Positions 1-11,600 of a stretch of DNA of 64,000 nt are shown one piece after another; positions within the stretch are counted from its first letter, which is position 1; each line of letters starts with the position of its first letter. Both the position numbers and the translations under genes were made by a program. Source of the DNA: a virus (Duplodnaviria > Caudoviricetes); IMG/VR virus record IMGVR_UViG_3300006874_000001, positions 479 to 64,478 of that record, one strand, 5' to 3'. Under the pieces are notes generated by a model, which was given only the letters and a program-made list of their open reading frames with translations, had not been told where the DNA came from and did not search any database.

Positions 1-837
1 AAGAAGGAGTTCCTTATCATCAACGGACACAGCAACGTTGGTAAGACAACGACAGCTCTGTACTTGATTGTCAACTCAGCCATTCGTCATGGATGGAAAT
101 GGGTTATCTACTCAAGCGAGAACACCACTGCGTCGGTGAAGATGAATCTGATGCAGTTTGCGACTGATAAGAAGATCTCCAACATGAACTACATGGAGCG
201 CAAGAATGCGTACAAGTGGGTTCAGGAGCACTTCACAATCATCAGCAACAATCAGGTGTATAGCTACTCAGATTTGCTCGTGTTCATGGAGAAGGTCATG
301 CGTCAACAGCAAGTGGATGCGGTCTTCATTGACCCGTACAACAGCTTGCGGCTTGACCTGAAGAACTCAGGTGTTAACTCTCATGAGTACCACTACGAGG
401 CAGCTTCAGAGTTCCTGACGTTCAGCAAGACAAACGACATTGCCGTGTGGCTGAATATGCACGCTGTAACCGAGGCACAACGGCGCAAGGGTGATGACGG
501 GTTGCCTATCGCTCCGTACGCTGAGGACACAGAAGGTGGCGGTAAGTTCGTCAACAGAGCTGACTGCTTCCTGACGCTACACCGTAAGGTTCAAGCAGAA
601 GATCCAAGCATCCGTGCCATGAGTGAGATACACGTCCGCAAGGTTCGTGAGGTGGAGACAGGTGGGCGTCCATCGCCCCTTGATTCACCGTACAGGATGA
701 TCATGAACAGTAGTCACACTGGCTTTACAAATGTGGTGGGCGTGAACAAAATGTTCCAACCTATTGATTTACAGCCAAGAGACCAGCGTTTATTCACTGA
801 TAAAATTAACATTGACTTTCTCAAAAATTCTGTGTAA
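1..837 (+). CDS. SF4/DnaB-like replicative helicase, C-terminal part (5'-truncated)
   Basis: Frame is open from base 1 (KKEFLIINGHSNVGKTTT, Walker A). Also has VFIDPY (Walker B), a WLNMH motif and NRADCFLTLHR. Confidence 0.85.
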   Translation, partial: KKEFLIINGHSNVGKTTTALYLIVNSAIRHGWKWVIYSSENTTASVKMNLMQFATDKKISNMNYMERKNAYKWVQEHFTIISNNQVYSYSDLLVFMEKVMRQQQVDAVFIDPYNSLRLDLKNSGVNSHEYHYEAASEFLTFSKTNDIAVWLNMHAVTEAQRRKGDDGLPIAPYAEDTEGGGKFVNRADCFLTLHRKVQAEDPSIRAMSEIHVRKVREVETGGRPSPLDSPYRMIMNSSHTGFTNVVGVNKMFQPIDLQPRDQRLFTDKINIDFLKNSV

Positions 838-842
838 CTTCA
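812..842 (+). promoter_or_regulatory. Possible Bacteroidota sigma-A promoter
   Basis: TTG, 20 nt spacer, then TAACTTCA (degenerate TAnnTTTG), ending 4 nt before the GTG at 847. Confidence 0.35.
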
Positions 843-846
843 CTGA

Positions 847-1347
847 GTGAGAAAGAAACAACGAAGAAGCAGGGGACGTAAGTCCGCCAAGAGATCGCTA
901 GGGAAGTTCAAGAGCTCTATTGAAAAGTATTGCTCAGATCAGTTACGAGAACGAGGGGTAAGCTTTACCTACGAGGAAGATACGTTCTACCTCATGGACT
1001 CGTTCCGATTCCCTAACAAGTACTTCAAGATGACGGCCAAGAGGAAAGACATGAGCAATAGAACGAACTCTGTACAACAACCGATTAGGTATACACCAGA
1101 CTTCGTTGGTAAGGACCAGAAGTGGATTATCGAAACCAAAGGGTACTTGCCGTCGCACCATGACTTTCCAATGCGGTGGAAGTTGTTTTTGAAGCACATT
1201 GTTGACAACGATCTCGGGTATGATGTGTACCTTGCAAGGAATAAACATCAAGTCGATCAAGCGATCGATGAGATAATTAAATCTAGAGACAATGACGAAA
1301 GACCAACTAGGCCAGGTGTACTCGATGGCGAGCCTGAGGATGCATGA
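847..1347 (+). CDS. T7 endonuclease I-like Holliday junction resolvase (PD-(D/E)XK)
   Basis: FKSSIE...FTYE...YTPDF...IIETKG pattern; lies next to the helicase. Confidence 0.75.
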   Translation: MRKKQRRSRGRKSAKRSLGKFKSSIEKYCSDQLRERGVSFTYEEDTFYLMDSFRFPNKYFKMTAKRKDMSNRTNSVQQPIRYTPDFVGKDQKWIIETKGYLPSHHDFPMRWKLFLKHIVDNDLGYDVYLARNKHQVDQAIDEIIKSRDNDERPTRPGVLDGEPEDA

Positions 1348-1516
1348 CGCGATTACGCAATCGTATGAGCGGATGCACGATCCAGACGGAGACCCTACAG
1401 AGTCATTGGACCGACTCGAATCAATTATTACTAACCTAAGAGCTACAGTGGAGAGTGAGATTGAGTTTGTGGTGACAGCCCTTGAAGAGCGGCTGGATGT
1501 CACAGAGCAAGGGTAG
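1292..1516 (+). CDS. Hypothetical acidic helical protein
   Basis: 74-aa ORF packed within the operon. Confidence 0.55.
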   Translation: MTKDQLGQVYSMASLRMHDAITQSYERMHDPDGDPTESLDRLESIITNLRATVESEIEFVVTALEERLDVTEQG

Positions 1517-2000
1517 GAGAGCGTATAGCAATGCAACTGGACGCGTAGCTGAGATCAGGTTTATACGTGCAGCTCGAAAGAAAGGGTTGCTCGTAACCAA
1601 GTCTTCACACACTGAGGACAGGCACGAACACATCGACTACTGGCTGGCTCTGTCAAGAGATAAGACCAAGTGGGGCGTTGATGTGAAAGGAAACAATCTA
1701 CCAGATGAGATCTGGTGTGAGTTCAAGAATGTATCAGGAAATCCAGGTTGGATGTATGGTGGTGCCACCATCATAGCATTTGACATGCCCGAAGAGGGAG
1801 GGTTTTCTATCGTAGATAGGCAAGAGCTCGCATTCTTTTGCGAGAAGAACGTCAGCCCTGAAAAGGTGACAGACAAGAAGGAAGCATACCTAAAAAGGTA
1901 CACTCGTAAAGATCGAAAGGATGAGATAACAATCCTTAAACTACACGATCTCAAGACGTTAGTTTCCTATCGCGTTTGGATATACGATCAGGAGTATTGA
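1497..2000 (+). CDS. Putative PD-(D/E)XK-fold nuclease, conserved phage protein
   Basis: HIDYWL...VDVKG...IWCEFKN..GNPGWMYG. The ATG at 1497 is preferred over the track start at 1482. Confidence 0.55.
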   Translation: MSQSKGRRAYSNATGRVAEIRFIRAARKKGLLVTKSSHTEDRHEHIDYWLALSRDKTKWGVDVKGNNLPDEIWCEFKNVSGNPGWMYGGATIIAFDMPEEGGFSIVDRQELAFFCEKNVSPEKVTDKKEAYLKRYTRKDRKDEITILKLHDLKTLVSYRVWIYDQEY

Positions 2001-2041
2001 CGTATCTTAGCCGTCCCTTTTTTAATTTCTAAACCCAAAAA

Positions 2042-3934
2042 ATGAGTTACAACCCAGAGTTAATCCCCTGGGGCGAGGTCGGCTACGCTACATATAAGCG
2101 GACCTATGCACGCCCTATCAAAGACCGAACAGAGGAGTGGGAAGAGACAGTTGACCGCGTTGTCGAGGCGTGCAATAAGCAGTTGAAGTGTGAGTTCAAC
2201 GAGAAAGACCAAGAAGACATCAAGCGGATGATGATGCAGCTCAAGGGAACCGTCGCTGGGCGGTTCCTTTGGCAGCTCGGCACAAAGACGGTTGATCGCC
2301 TTGGCCTTCCGTCACTGCAAAACTGTGCTTTCGTTGTGGTGGATGAGCCTGTACGGCCATTCACTTGGGCGTTCGAGATGCTGATGCTTGGTAGCGGAGT
2401 TGGATTCAATATCCAGCGAGAGCATGTCTACCAGCTCCCGAAGATCCGCAAGAAGGTAAACGTAAAGCACGTAGAGGATGCAGGAGCTGATTTCATCGTG
2501 CCTGACTCACGTGAAGGTTGGACTGAGCTTCTTAAGCGCGTCCTAGAAGCCTCATTTGTAACTGGCAAGGGATTCACGTACGACACGTCGCTTGTGCGCC
2601 CTGCAGGAACGCCAATCAAAGGCTTCGGAGGTACAGCTTCAGGTCCTAAAGATTTGATCTGGGGCATGAACGAGATCAACCGCATCCTGAACGAACGAAG
2701 CGGAAAGCGCCTGCGCCCGATCGACTGCTTGGATCTAATGAATATCATCGGCAAGATCGTCGTAGCTGGAAACGTACGTCGATCTGCACAAATTGCAATC
2801 GGAGACCATGACGATATCGAATACTTGCGAGCTAAGCGCTGGGACCTTGGAGGTATCCCGAACTGGAGGGCTATGTCCAACAACTCCGTGGCTTGTGACG
2901 ACATCTCACTCCTTCCTGAAGAGTTTTGGGAGGGCTACAAGGGGAATGGCGAGCCGTATGGGCTTATCAACCTTGAGGCATCACGACGCATGGGAAGGAC
3001 GGGTGACCTTATGTACCCTGACCCAGACGTCATGGGGTACAACCCGTGTGCAGAGCAGAGTCTTGCTCCATTTGAAACCTGCTGCTTGGCAGAGATCTAT
3101 CTCCCGAACATTGAGACTGAAAGAGAGCTCAAGGATGTTGCGACGCTATTGTATCGCATCAATAAACATAGTCTGGCGATCAAGTGCGCGGTTCCCGAAA
3201 CTGAAGATATCGTTCACAAGAACATGCGAATGGGTATCGGAGTAACGGGTTATCTTCAGGCTACTGAAGAGCAACGCCAATGGCTGACTTCTGTATACAC
3301 ACACCTACGAGCCTATGACCAAGAGTACTCTAGAATTTGCGGATTTCCAACATCTATTAAACTTACAACTGTTAAGCCCAGTGGAACGCTGTCTCTACTT
3401 GCTGGCGTTACACCAGGAGCACATCCAGGATATTCACAGTACTACATTCGACGAATTCGGATGGCTGCAGATAGTGAGTTGGTCGGCGTGTGCCGAGACA
3501 ATGGGTATCACGTAGAGTACGTAAGGAACTTCGACGGCACGGAGGATCACTCCACAGTCGTTGTGAGCTTCCCATGCTCCTTCCCAGAAGGCACTACGTT
3601 TGCTCACGACATGAGCGCTGTGGATCAGCTGGAGGTGATCAAGCGCCTTCAGGCCGAATGGTCAGACAACTCCGTCTCCGTAACTATCTACTACAGAAAG
3701 GAAGAGCTTGACGATATTAAAGCTTGGCTTGATGTAAACTACGCTAACGTAAAGAGTGTCAGCTTCTTGCTTCACAATGAGCACGGTTTCGATCAGGCTC
3801 CTATGGAGGAGATCACTCATGAGGAGTGGCTAAAGATGACAAAGGCTGTGACTCCTATCACCAGCTTGAACCAGCTCAACATGGAGGACATCGATATCGC
3901 TGACTGCGAAGGCGGAGCATGCCCTGTACGATGA
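2042..3934 (+). CDS. nrdJ: Class II adenosylcobalamin-dependent ribonucleotide reductase, monomeric RTPR type
   Basis: LQNC, GNVRRSA, NPCAEQ, TTVKPSGTLS and C-terminal CEGGACPVR. No R2 subunit gene is present. Confidence 0.92.
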   Translation: MSYNPELIPWGEVGYATYKRTYARPIKDRTEEWEETVDRVVEACNKQLKCEFNEKDQEDIKRMMMQLKGTVAGRFLWQLGTKTVDRLGLPSLQNCAFVVVDEPVRPFTWAFEMLMLGSGVGFNIQREHVYQLPKIRKKVNVKHVEDAGADFIVPDSREGWTELLKRVLEASFVTGKGFTYDTSLVRPAGTPIKGFGGTASGPKDLIWGMNEINRILNERSGKRLRPIDCLDLMNIIGKIVVAGNVRRSAQIAIGDHDDIEYLRAKRWDLGGIPNWRAMSNNSVACDDISLLPEEFWEGYKGNGEPYGLINLEASRRMGRTGDLMYPDPDVMGYNPCAEQSLAPFETCCLAEIYLPNIETERELKDVATLLYRINKHSLAIKCAVPETEDIVHKNMRMGIGVTGYLQATEEQRQWLTSVYTHLRAYDQEYSRICGFPTSIKLTTVKPSGTLSLLAGVTPGAHPGYSQYYIRRIRMAADSELVGVCRDNGYHVEYVRNFDGTEDHSTVVVSFPCSFPEGTTFAHDMSAVDQLEVIKRLQAEWSDNSVSVTIYYRKEELDDIKAWLDVNYANVKSVSFLLHNEHGFDQAPMEEITHEEWLKMTKAVTPITSLNQLNMEDIDIADCEGGACPVR

Positions 3935-3988
3935 AAAGGATTGATCAATGCTGGATCTCCCAGCTATATCATATTGGTAGTGTGAAAT

Positions 3989-4015
3989 AAAAGAGGGCCC
4001 TTCGGGGCCCTTTTT
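3989..4015. terminator. Bidirectional intrinsic terminator between convergent transcription units
   Basis: AAAAG-AGGGCCC-TTCG-GGGCCCT-TTTT. Confidence 0.9.
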
Positions 4016-4018
4016 CGT

Positions 4019-4567
4019 TTAGCAGTTCCATTTTCTTAGAGCAAGCGCCTTACGTGTTGGCTTGCCGTTTGGCTTCTTCATGGGTCCAGGCATCCCGCTC
4101 ATACGAGCGCAGAACGACTTACGCCTCTTTGCTGCCTTGCTCCCTGCCTTAAGCTTAGATGGCTCTGTAGTGACTGCAGTCTTAAGCTTGCTACCTGGGT
4201 TAGCACGTCTGTAAGCGGCTACACCCTTTGCAGTGAGGCCTCCCTCTCTGCTCTTGTGAACACCCATCTTCATCTTGGGCATTTTCTGGGTCCTCCCCCC
4301 AGACTTCATAACCTTCATGCCCTCCATGGCTTTCTTTTTTGCCTTGTACCTAGACACCCTTCCCTTCTCCTTCTTCTCCTTTGCGGCTGCAGCTTTCTCA
4401 CCTTTGCTCAGCTCACTCCAGGTCGCTGGGGTGTCTTCTGAGATCCTCTTAGTCGGTCTGAATGTCCTATCCGATCCGCTGTATTCTTCCTTGCCTCTTG
4501 GTGTCTTCCAGTCCTCCTTGAACCATCTCTTCAAGTTTAGGCCTTCTTTAGTCTTTCTTACTGCCAC
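4019..4567 (-). CDS. Basic conserved phage protein made of two small fused domains
   Basis: LKRWFKEDW and RRKSFCARM motifs recur in uncultured marine phage proteins. Likely GTG start at 4567. Confidence 0.7.
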   Translation of the reverse strand: MAVRKTKEGLNLKRWFKEDWKTPRGKEEYSGSDRTFRPTKRISEDTPATWSELSKGEKAAAAKEKKEKGRVSRYKAKKKAMEGMKVMKSGGRTQKMPKMKMGVHKSREGGLTAKGVAAYRRANPGSKLKTAVTTEPSKLKAGSKAAKRRKSFCARMSGMPGPMKKPNGKPTRKALALRKWNC

Positions 4568-4718
4568 CTTTACCCCAGTTTGATGCTCCGACTTTTCTAC
4601 ACTTTGCAATAGCCCCTGAAGCATAGGCTGAAGGCCAGACCTTGTAACGTGCCTTCACCTTGTAGTAGCACGCGTCCTTTGTAGATCCGCCCTCTTTGTA
4701 TGACTTTTTGGCTTGCAT
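4548..4718 (-). CDS. Small basic conserved phage protein, 56 aa (not in ORF track)
   Basis: MQAKKSYKEGGSTKDACYYKVKARYKVWPSAYASGAIAKCRKVGASNWGKGGSKKD; ATG is 4 nt after TATATTTG. Confidence 0.75.
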   Translation of the reverse strand: MQAKKSYKEGGSTKDACYYKVKARYKVWPSAYASGAIAKCRKVGASNWGKGGSKKD

Positions 4719-4722
4719 AACA

Positions 4723-4730
4723 CAAATATA
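4723..4730 (-). promoter_or_regulatory. Late promoter -7 element TATATTTG
   Basis: Matches Bacteroidota TAnnTTTG; 4 nt before the ATG. Confidence 0.65.
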
Positions 4731-4741
4731 ATGACACTGCG

Positions 4742-5050
4742 TTAATTGCAGTCCTTCTGCCTGAGCTCGTCAACAAGAACTTCTAGATGTTCAATACGTC
4801 TTTCTACGTGGTTGAGCCTAAGATTCTGCTCTGCATCGTCAGGAAGGCTCCCCATCTCACCTCTTGGCCACTTGATTCTAAACTCTGAGTTCAGCTCGAT
4901 CTCTTGGTTGTGACGCATTGTCTCTATCTCAAGCTGAGATAGCGCAGACATGATGGTGAAATACAGGGTTACAGCTGCCCCAACGCCCAATACGATCTGA
5001 ATGAGCCACTTGATGTTAATACCTACGTTTGTGCTATCGTCTAACTTCAC
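4742..5050 (-). CDS. Single-TM plus coiled-coil membrane protein
   Basis: Hydrophobic WLIQIVLGVGAAVTLYFTIM segment and a coiled-coil tail; near the holin. Confidence 0.65.
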   Translation of the reverse strand: MKLDDSTNVGINIKWLIQIVLGVGAAVTLYFTIMSALSQLEIETMRHNQEIELNSEFRIKWPRGEMGSLPDDAEQNLRLNHVERRIEHLEVLVDELRQKDCN

Positions 5051-5259
5051 TCTACCTTGTTCTTAGCTAACAACAACTTGATCTCCTGGATGTCTTTCAG
5101 CAACTGCTTGACGTCATCCTTAAATTCTTTATTGTCAGCTTCCAAGGTGTGAACTCTTGAGCTAAGTTTATTGTAATCTGCTTGAAACTTCAACCACCCG
5201 CCTACAAGAGTACTAGCCACTACTAGAAATTCGAAGTGAGATAGGTATTCTTGCATCAT
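5047..5259 (-). CDS. Small TM plus coiled-coil protein, possibly lysis-associated
   Basis: N-terminal hydrophobic segment and heptad-rich C-terminus. Confidence 0.6.
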   Translation of the reverse strand: MMQEYLSHFEFLVVASTLVGGWLKFQADYNKLSSRVHTLEADNKEFKDDVKQLLKDIQEIKLLLAKNKVE

Positions 5260-5699
5260 TTCTTGGCTTTTTCTATGGTTCTTCCTGCGAAGTAGGCTCC
5301 GAAGGCGGTTAGCATGAGTATCTCCAGCAAAGATACGTAGGAATTTTTTACGTTAAATGGCAGATTATCAATGGAGTCTGCAATCATGGTTGCCATAAAC
5401 ATGACCATCAGGCAGATAAGAGTCACGGGTCTAATGTATTTTGCGAGCTTGACGTCGCTCCCCATGTCTGCCTTCCAGCGTTCAGAAACGTTGTTCTGAA
5501 ACTGAACCTCAGCGTCAAGTCTTGCCTTGACTTCTTCTGGGTCCAAGTCAGGATATTGCCTGTCAATCAGGTTCTTTACAACACCTAGTCCACCGCTGTC
5601 TGGAAGCAGGTCCCCAACAGTTTCGAGTACGGATGGTGCCTTCTCCCTGAGCCACTGCCCAAGCTTAGTGTCTCTGATCTTCTTACCTTCTTTCATCAT
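5256..5699 (-). CDS. Putative holin (3TM/GTA-holin-like)
   Basis: RWKADM...IRP, two C-terminal TM segments, and a YFAGRTIEK end. Confidence 0.7.
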   Translation of the reverse strand: MMKEGKKIRDTKLGQWLREKAPSVLETVGDLLPDSGGLGVVKNLIDRQYPDLDPEEVKARLDAEVQFQNNVSERWKADMGSDVKLAKYIRPVTLICLMVMFMATMIADSIDNLPFNVKNSYVSLLEILMLTAFGAYFAGRTIEKAKK

Positions 5700-8600
5700 C
5701 GTAGATCCTTTGCATGATGTCTAACACCATGATTGTGTGTTTCTTAAACATCTTGTCTTCACCAAACTCTTTAATACCGCTGAAGTCTCCAGCAACGTTA
5801 TTCATAGCTTCTAGCTTGTCTGCATCGCTCATGCTCTTGTACTCTTCAGAGTTCACAAGCTTTTCAAGAGCCTGATATCTCTCTCTATTTGCTACAGCTG
5901 CCAGATCGTTGATGTCTTCGATCGAAAATCTCACCTTGCTGTTCATGAACTCCTCATCTTTCAAGAATGAGTACTCCTTTCCAGTAGCTTCAAGGGCAGC
6001 AAGCTCTTTCTTGGTCTTGATTTTTGGAGGTGCGATCCTACGAGTTGTGGCAAAGTATGGTGTTCCGCAGGCGCTAGTCAGCTCCTCCGTCTGTTCGAAC
6101 AGTCTCCACACCTCGTTCGACACTGGGTCGGCTTCTCCTTGTCTTGACTTGTAGACGTCGAAAAGGTAGTACCCGCCAGGGACATCACCTCTAGGACGCT
6201 GCCTGATTGGCTCGCCCTTCCAGTTCACTCTGATTGGAGCGTCACCCAAACCAAATGTTCTGTCTAGAAATGTGTACCTGAATCGCTGCATAATCCTTTC
6301 CTCCAGAGGCAAGTTTGGATCCACTCTAGTGTCAGGGAGGTACTCTCTGTTTTGCTTGTACAGCGCAGACAGTGTGTTTGGAAGGATGGTAGAAGAGACT
6401 GCTTGGAAAGTGGAGCCAGACCAACGCTCAAACTTTCTCTCGAAGTCGTCAGCATCGCCAGCAGAGATGAGCTCTGTAAAGGAGCTAACACCCTGCAAGA
6501 AGCTTTGGTCCATCATGTGAGCCATGGTGCTAAAGGCGGTTACTCCAAACGCATCCCTGAGCATTCTGTTCGCGATGAACGGATCTTCACCGAGAGATGG
6601 GTCAGCTGCATTTGTTGCCTTCACTCTGGCGCCGATGATCGCTCCGAAGATACCCAGCTTCTGGTAGCTCATGAAGTAATCATCTGGTTGCTTAGCTGCG
6701 GTAGCGCCAGCCAAGAACCGCTTGAGAGCTGAGATGTTGATGGAGTTAGGAGGGAACTGATCGTAAGCAATGTTTCTCTCTTCGTCTTCTCCAGCTTCCA
6801 GCGCCCCAGAAATAATTCCTTCTCTAATCATAAGCTCTGTGGCATATGCAACGCTCTGACCTACAATCAACTTACCCATGTTTTGAGAAGCTGATCTGGC
6901 ATCACCTTTCTTCAAATCAGCCATGATCCTTGGGATAGCAATAACTGGTGAGGTGAAAGTGAGTGTCTCATAGAGAATGTTCGCTGGAGTTCTCACGTAA
7001 GGCATCTGGCTTCGAATCAAGAACTTAGCAAACTGTTGGCCGTTGACCCCAGGGAGGAATCCAAAAATCTGACCTGCAGCCTTCTCGACGAAGTTTATGA
7101 ATCCTTCACCAATGTTAGAGGCTACCCCTTGCTCCTGGAACGTCAACTTTCTTCCCTCTTGCTCAGCCCGTTGTCTCACGTCCATTGGAGGGTGCTTAAG
7201 AAATCTTCTCAGTTCTTCACCTTTGAGGCCTCTTGACAAAGCCTCTTGATAAACCTCAATTCCTTCAACACCTCTTCTGAATGGAGTATCACCAACGCCG
7301 AGGAATCTGAACATTACCTCTGCAGGGATACCAAGAGTGCCATTAATAAACAGCTTAAGTCTCTGGCTAAGGCTAGACTTACCATCAGGTCCAAGAGGAA
7401 GCTCAGCGCCCTTACCGAATGCTGAGAGAATAGATCTAAATGGAGCAAAGCCTCTTTGGACCCTCCACTCTGTTACGTCCTTCTCTTGTCCAGTGACAAC
7501 CGCCTCTAGAGATTCCACGAATCCAGCCCCAAACTTTCTCAACCCATACATGTAGGCATTGACTGAGTAGTTTCTTTTGATCGGTGAGTCGAACCCAAAC
7601 AGGTTAAGCGCCTTCTCAATAGGGAGGGCGATGATGTCTCTAGGGATCATCAATGCTGCGTTGTACAGGTTTGCAATCACGTTAGTGACCTGAGACATAG
7701 GGGTCAAAAGGTTACCCTGAACAAGCATGGACCCAATGTCACCCCAGCCTCTTTCAATCACAGCGTTTGTGAACGTCTCCATGCTTCGCTCTGCTTGCTT
7801 CAGTCTCTTTACAGCTGTTTCAAGCTCTGCGTCAACTTCTTCACCTCTGATAGCTCTCTCCATCAAGTCTCTTGCAGCTGCATGACTTTCCATCAACTCA
7901 ACAGACAGAGCGGTGAGCCTTTCTTTCTGAGCATCTGAGAGCTTGTTTCCGCCCCTCTCAACCTCTTTCTCGATCATCATGATCATTCCAGCAGGCGTGG
8001 ACGACTTAAGCTCAGCAAAGTGCCTCAAAAGACGTCCAGCGGTTGTACCGATCTTGGATAGCTCTGCGACGATGCCAGGAATGGAGTCTGGGTTACCGTC
8101 AGCGACAGCCCTGTTGATGAGCTCAACGCCAGCAAGAACACCCATGTCGTCATTGCGCTGAGATAGCCTGCCTAAAGACTCGTCAGTCAACAACCCCATA
8201 AGCTCACCACTATCCATAGACGAAAGCTTATCCTTAGCCTCTTTCAGGTTTTGAGTGGAGATGTAGTTCTCAGGGTTCTGAAGAATCTCAGATCTAACGC
8301 TGTCGTAAAGAACAGCCGTTCTGCCAGCTGTCTGTCTGATTCTAGCAGAGGCTCTACCCTGCCTGATAGCCTCCTCAGCATTCTTAGCAACCTCAGACTC
8401 ATTGAGTGCAACCTGAGAATTGATAGGCATAGAGTCGTACGCAGCCTTAGCCTCAAGGTCTGATTCGTACTTCACGCCAAGAACCGCCTCTGAGTAAGCT
8501 CTAAAGCGCTTGAGCGCGGCGTCATACTTAGGACCGCGCTTTACTCTTTTCGCTCTCTGCTCTTCTGTTTCTGTGCGACCAGCAGTAACAACAGGGTCGT

Positions 8601-11600
8601 CGTAGTCAAAGTACTCGATCTCTCCAGTAAGGTACACGTTGTTCCCAACGATGACGGCATTTTCTGCAGACTTAATCGGTCTCCCCGATACATCGACAAA
8701 TGTGTTATGCTTGAACGGATTGAAGATTGCCTTCACTCCTTCGTAGCTAATCTCTGACATATCAGTGCTAACCAGCTCACCATCAACGCTGGCCATAGGA
8801 AACTTGTTCTCCTGGAAGGTGACAATCTTGTTTCTAGCCTCTTGATTCACATTCATCGTGACGTTAGATACTCGAACGACTGGAGCGTATTGCAAAGCCT
8901 CCCCAGTCGCTGTCTTGTCATGAATGGTCTGCACTGGAACTCCAGTGTTTTTCAACACATTCAGGTTCAGTCTAACGCCAACCTTGTCTCCGATCTCAGG
9001 GGTCTTCCCTTTGTTCATAACCCTGACAGAGTTTCTGTCAGTCTGAAGTGCTTGATCAACAAGCTCCTGTGTAATCTTACCTTCACCTTTCAGGGCGAGT
9101 GCTTCTGTATCAGACCTGTCTCTAAACAGTCTAGAGTCCTCGGCATTTACCTTGAGTCCTGCGTCACCAAAGTCAAGAGCCAGTTGCAATCTGCTCGAAG
9201 CTCTTCCTTCCATTTCGACCTCTTGCTGGGCGCTAATCGTTCCGCCTGTGGATGCGATCACCTCTGGTGCAGGGACATTTATGCTTCGTTCGACAAGCCT
9301 GTTGACCTCTTCCTGAGCCAAATTTTCCGACACACCCTCTTCTACACTCAAGTTTCTGTACGACCCATCCTCCATGATCTTCTCCATAATTGGATGCCAT
9401 GGTGTGTACTGGTCTCGTTGAGCTGTCTCGCTATCAAGGTCCATTCTGAACGCAGCGATTTGATCAAAGGCGTACATCATTTGCCCAACCTGAGCAATGG
9501 TGTAGGGATTGTCTGGGTTTCTTCTGTTGTGGTCATTTACAAACGCCTCAACAACTTTGTATCTCAGTTTCTTTGCGTCCTTATCAAAGTTTCTACCAGA
9601 CATGGGGTTAAACATATCCGCCAGCAGATCTCTTGCTGATCTGTTTCCAGCGTTAGCTTCTGCAAGCAAAGCCTTAACTAGCGTTTTGGTGTGTGCTTTT
9701 GGCGAGACCTTTCCTTTAAGAATCTTCAGCATCTCCGCCCTGTTTACCGTGACAGTCATTCCTCTTGGAACACCCACCTCGCCAGTAAACACTCCCATGT
9801 AGTCCATGAAGTGAGAGTCTTGTGTCAGGAAGTTCTGACCCAATGCCCCCATCATCGTAGCTGCAAAAGATCCAATCTTTGGTGCGCCAATCTTTCTTTT
9901 AGACATCTCCTCAGACGCAACAGGAAGGTCGCTCTTAATTTGAGATCTCTGAGTCATGTCTTGAACAAATCCATCAGCATCAAACTTTCCGTCAACAGAC
10001 AAGTACCTGTTAAAGAGATCGTTGACAGTCTCAAGAGTGGCGCCAATGGTCGTCATGGATGCACCACCAACACCAATGTTTGATTCAGCGAACTTTCTAC
10101 CCGTTGGCAGGTCAGCAGCCTCTCTTTGCTTGTCAGTTGTCTTTAGATCATCGATCAAGCTCTTCGGGATGAAGTCAAATGGCTTTCCTGGGATGTAGTT
10201 TCTCTTGAAGTTAGCTATGCAGGTGTGAAGGATGTTCATAGCCATCCGCATGTTCGGTTCAGCTGGCCTAAACGTAGACGTGGCTGCAACAAGAACATCT
10301 AAGATCGGCGAGAACTGCTCAACAGGAACGCCAGGGAACTCTGCTGACAACTGTGACAAATATTTTTGCTTAGCCCCTTCATACCCGCTAAAGAAGGTTT
10401 CTGGGTTTTCCATACCCAGCTCTTCCATCAGTTTCAAAGAGTATTGAAAGTCTGCAGTCATAGACTTTACGATTGCCTCCTTAACACCCGAGTTCTCATC
10501 CTCAAGCAAAGCAAGCTTTTCTGAGGATGACATGTCTTGAAAACGGATGTTCTTACCCGTGGCTTCCGCTACGGCAGCGTTGATCATTCTAGCACTCTCC
10601 ATAGCAACAAACTGATATGTCGTGCTCTTTGCCTGCTGCTGCCTTTTGTCAATCTCTTTTTGAGTAAACCCTAGCATCTTCATGGCCTCAACCTTTAATT
10701 CATGGAAGCCTTTCAAAGAGAGACCTTGAAGATCAGAGGTGTTGAGATCGACAAGGATGTCCCCAGCCCTAGACATGTCGATGAGTCGGAGAGACGCTCG
10801 TTCCGCAGCCTTATCGTCTCCAAAAATGATGGACTCAGCGTCTCTGAGTTGATCCATGGTGAGCGTTCTGATCTTGCCTACAGCGTCAATAGCGTCATCG
10901 TACTCGATCTCCAAAGCATCAAGAATAACAGCGAAGTCATTACCAACGTATGGCTGAAAATCCTCTTCGGTGTTCTTTCTTTGCTCTCTCACCTTAGCAG
11001 AGAGCTCGTTTTGGTATTTAATCCTGTTTACCCTACGAGCTTCGGCTTCAGCCATTTTTTGACCCTTAGTCTTTGGTGGCTTGAGGTTCCAGTTGATCAT
11101 CCTGTCAGCGTCAATGAACATACCAGTGTTCTCACCTCTGATGATCTTAACATTAGCCATTCTTTTAGGGAACTGGCCGTTGTTCGTAATGTGATTCCAG
11201 TAGTTGATGAAGTCCCACTTCCCTCTGAACGTCTTAGATCGAACCCTTGAGATGTTTGTGTGCTTGTTTGCGTGGCTGTACGTGACCTCAAACTCACCTT
11301 CTGCTGGGATGTCTTGAGGCATCATCAGTCTACCTGAGGAACGACCCTCTGCACCAGAGTCAACCATCTCCTTCACAGAAATATGAGAGCCGTCTTTAAC
11401 CGAATTGGCAAAGGCAGTTACAATCTGTGCAGCAGAGCTGTCAGATGAAATTACAAACTTGTTGTTGGTGGCAGAAAACAGGCTGTTAAACCACAGCTTG
11501 ACGTTTCCAATCAGTGACTTTTGAATGTCTGGGTTGGCTGCAAGAGCTGAGATCATCTCTGTAATCATCTCGTCCTGTGCAATCAACATAACCTTATCTT

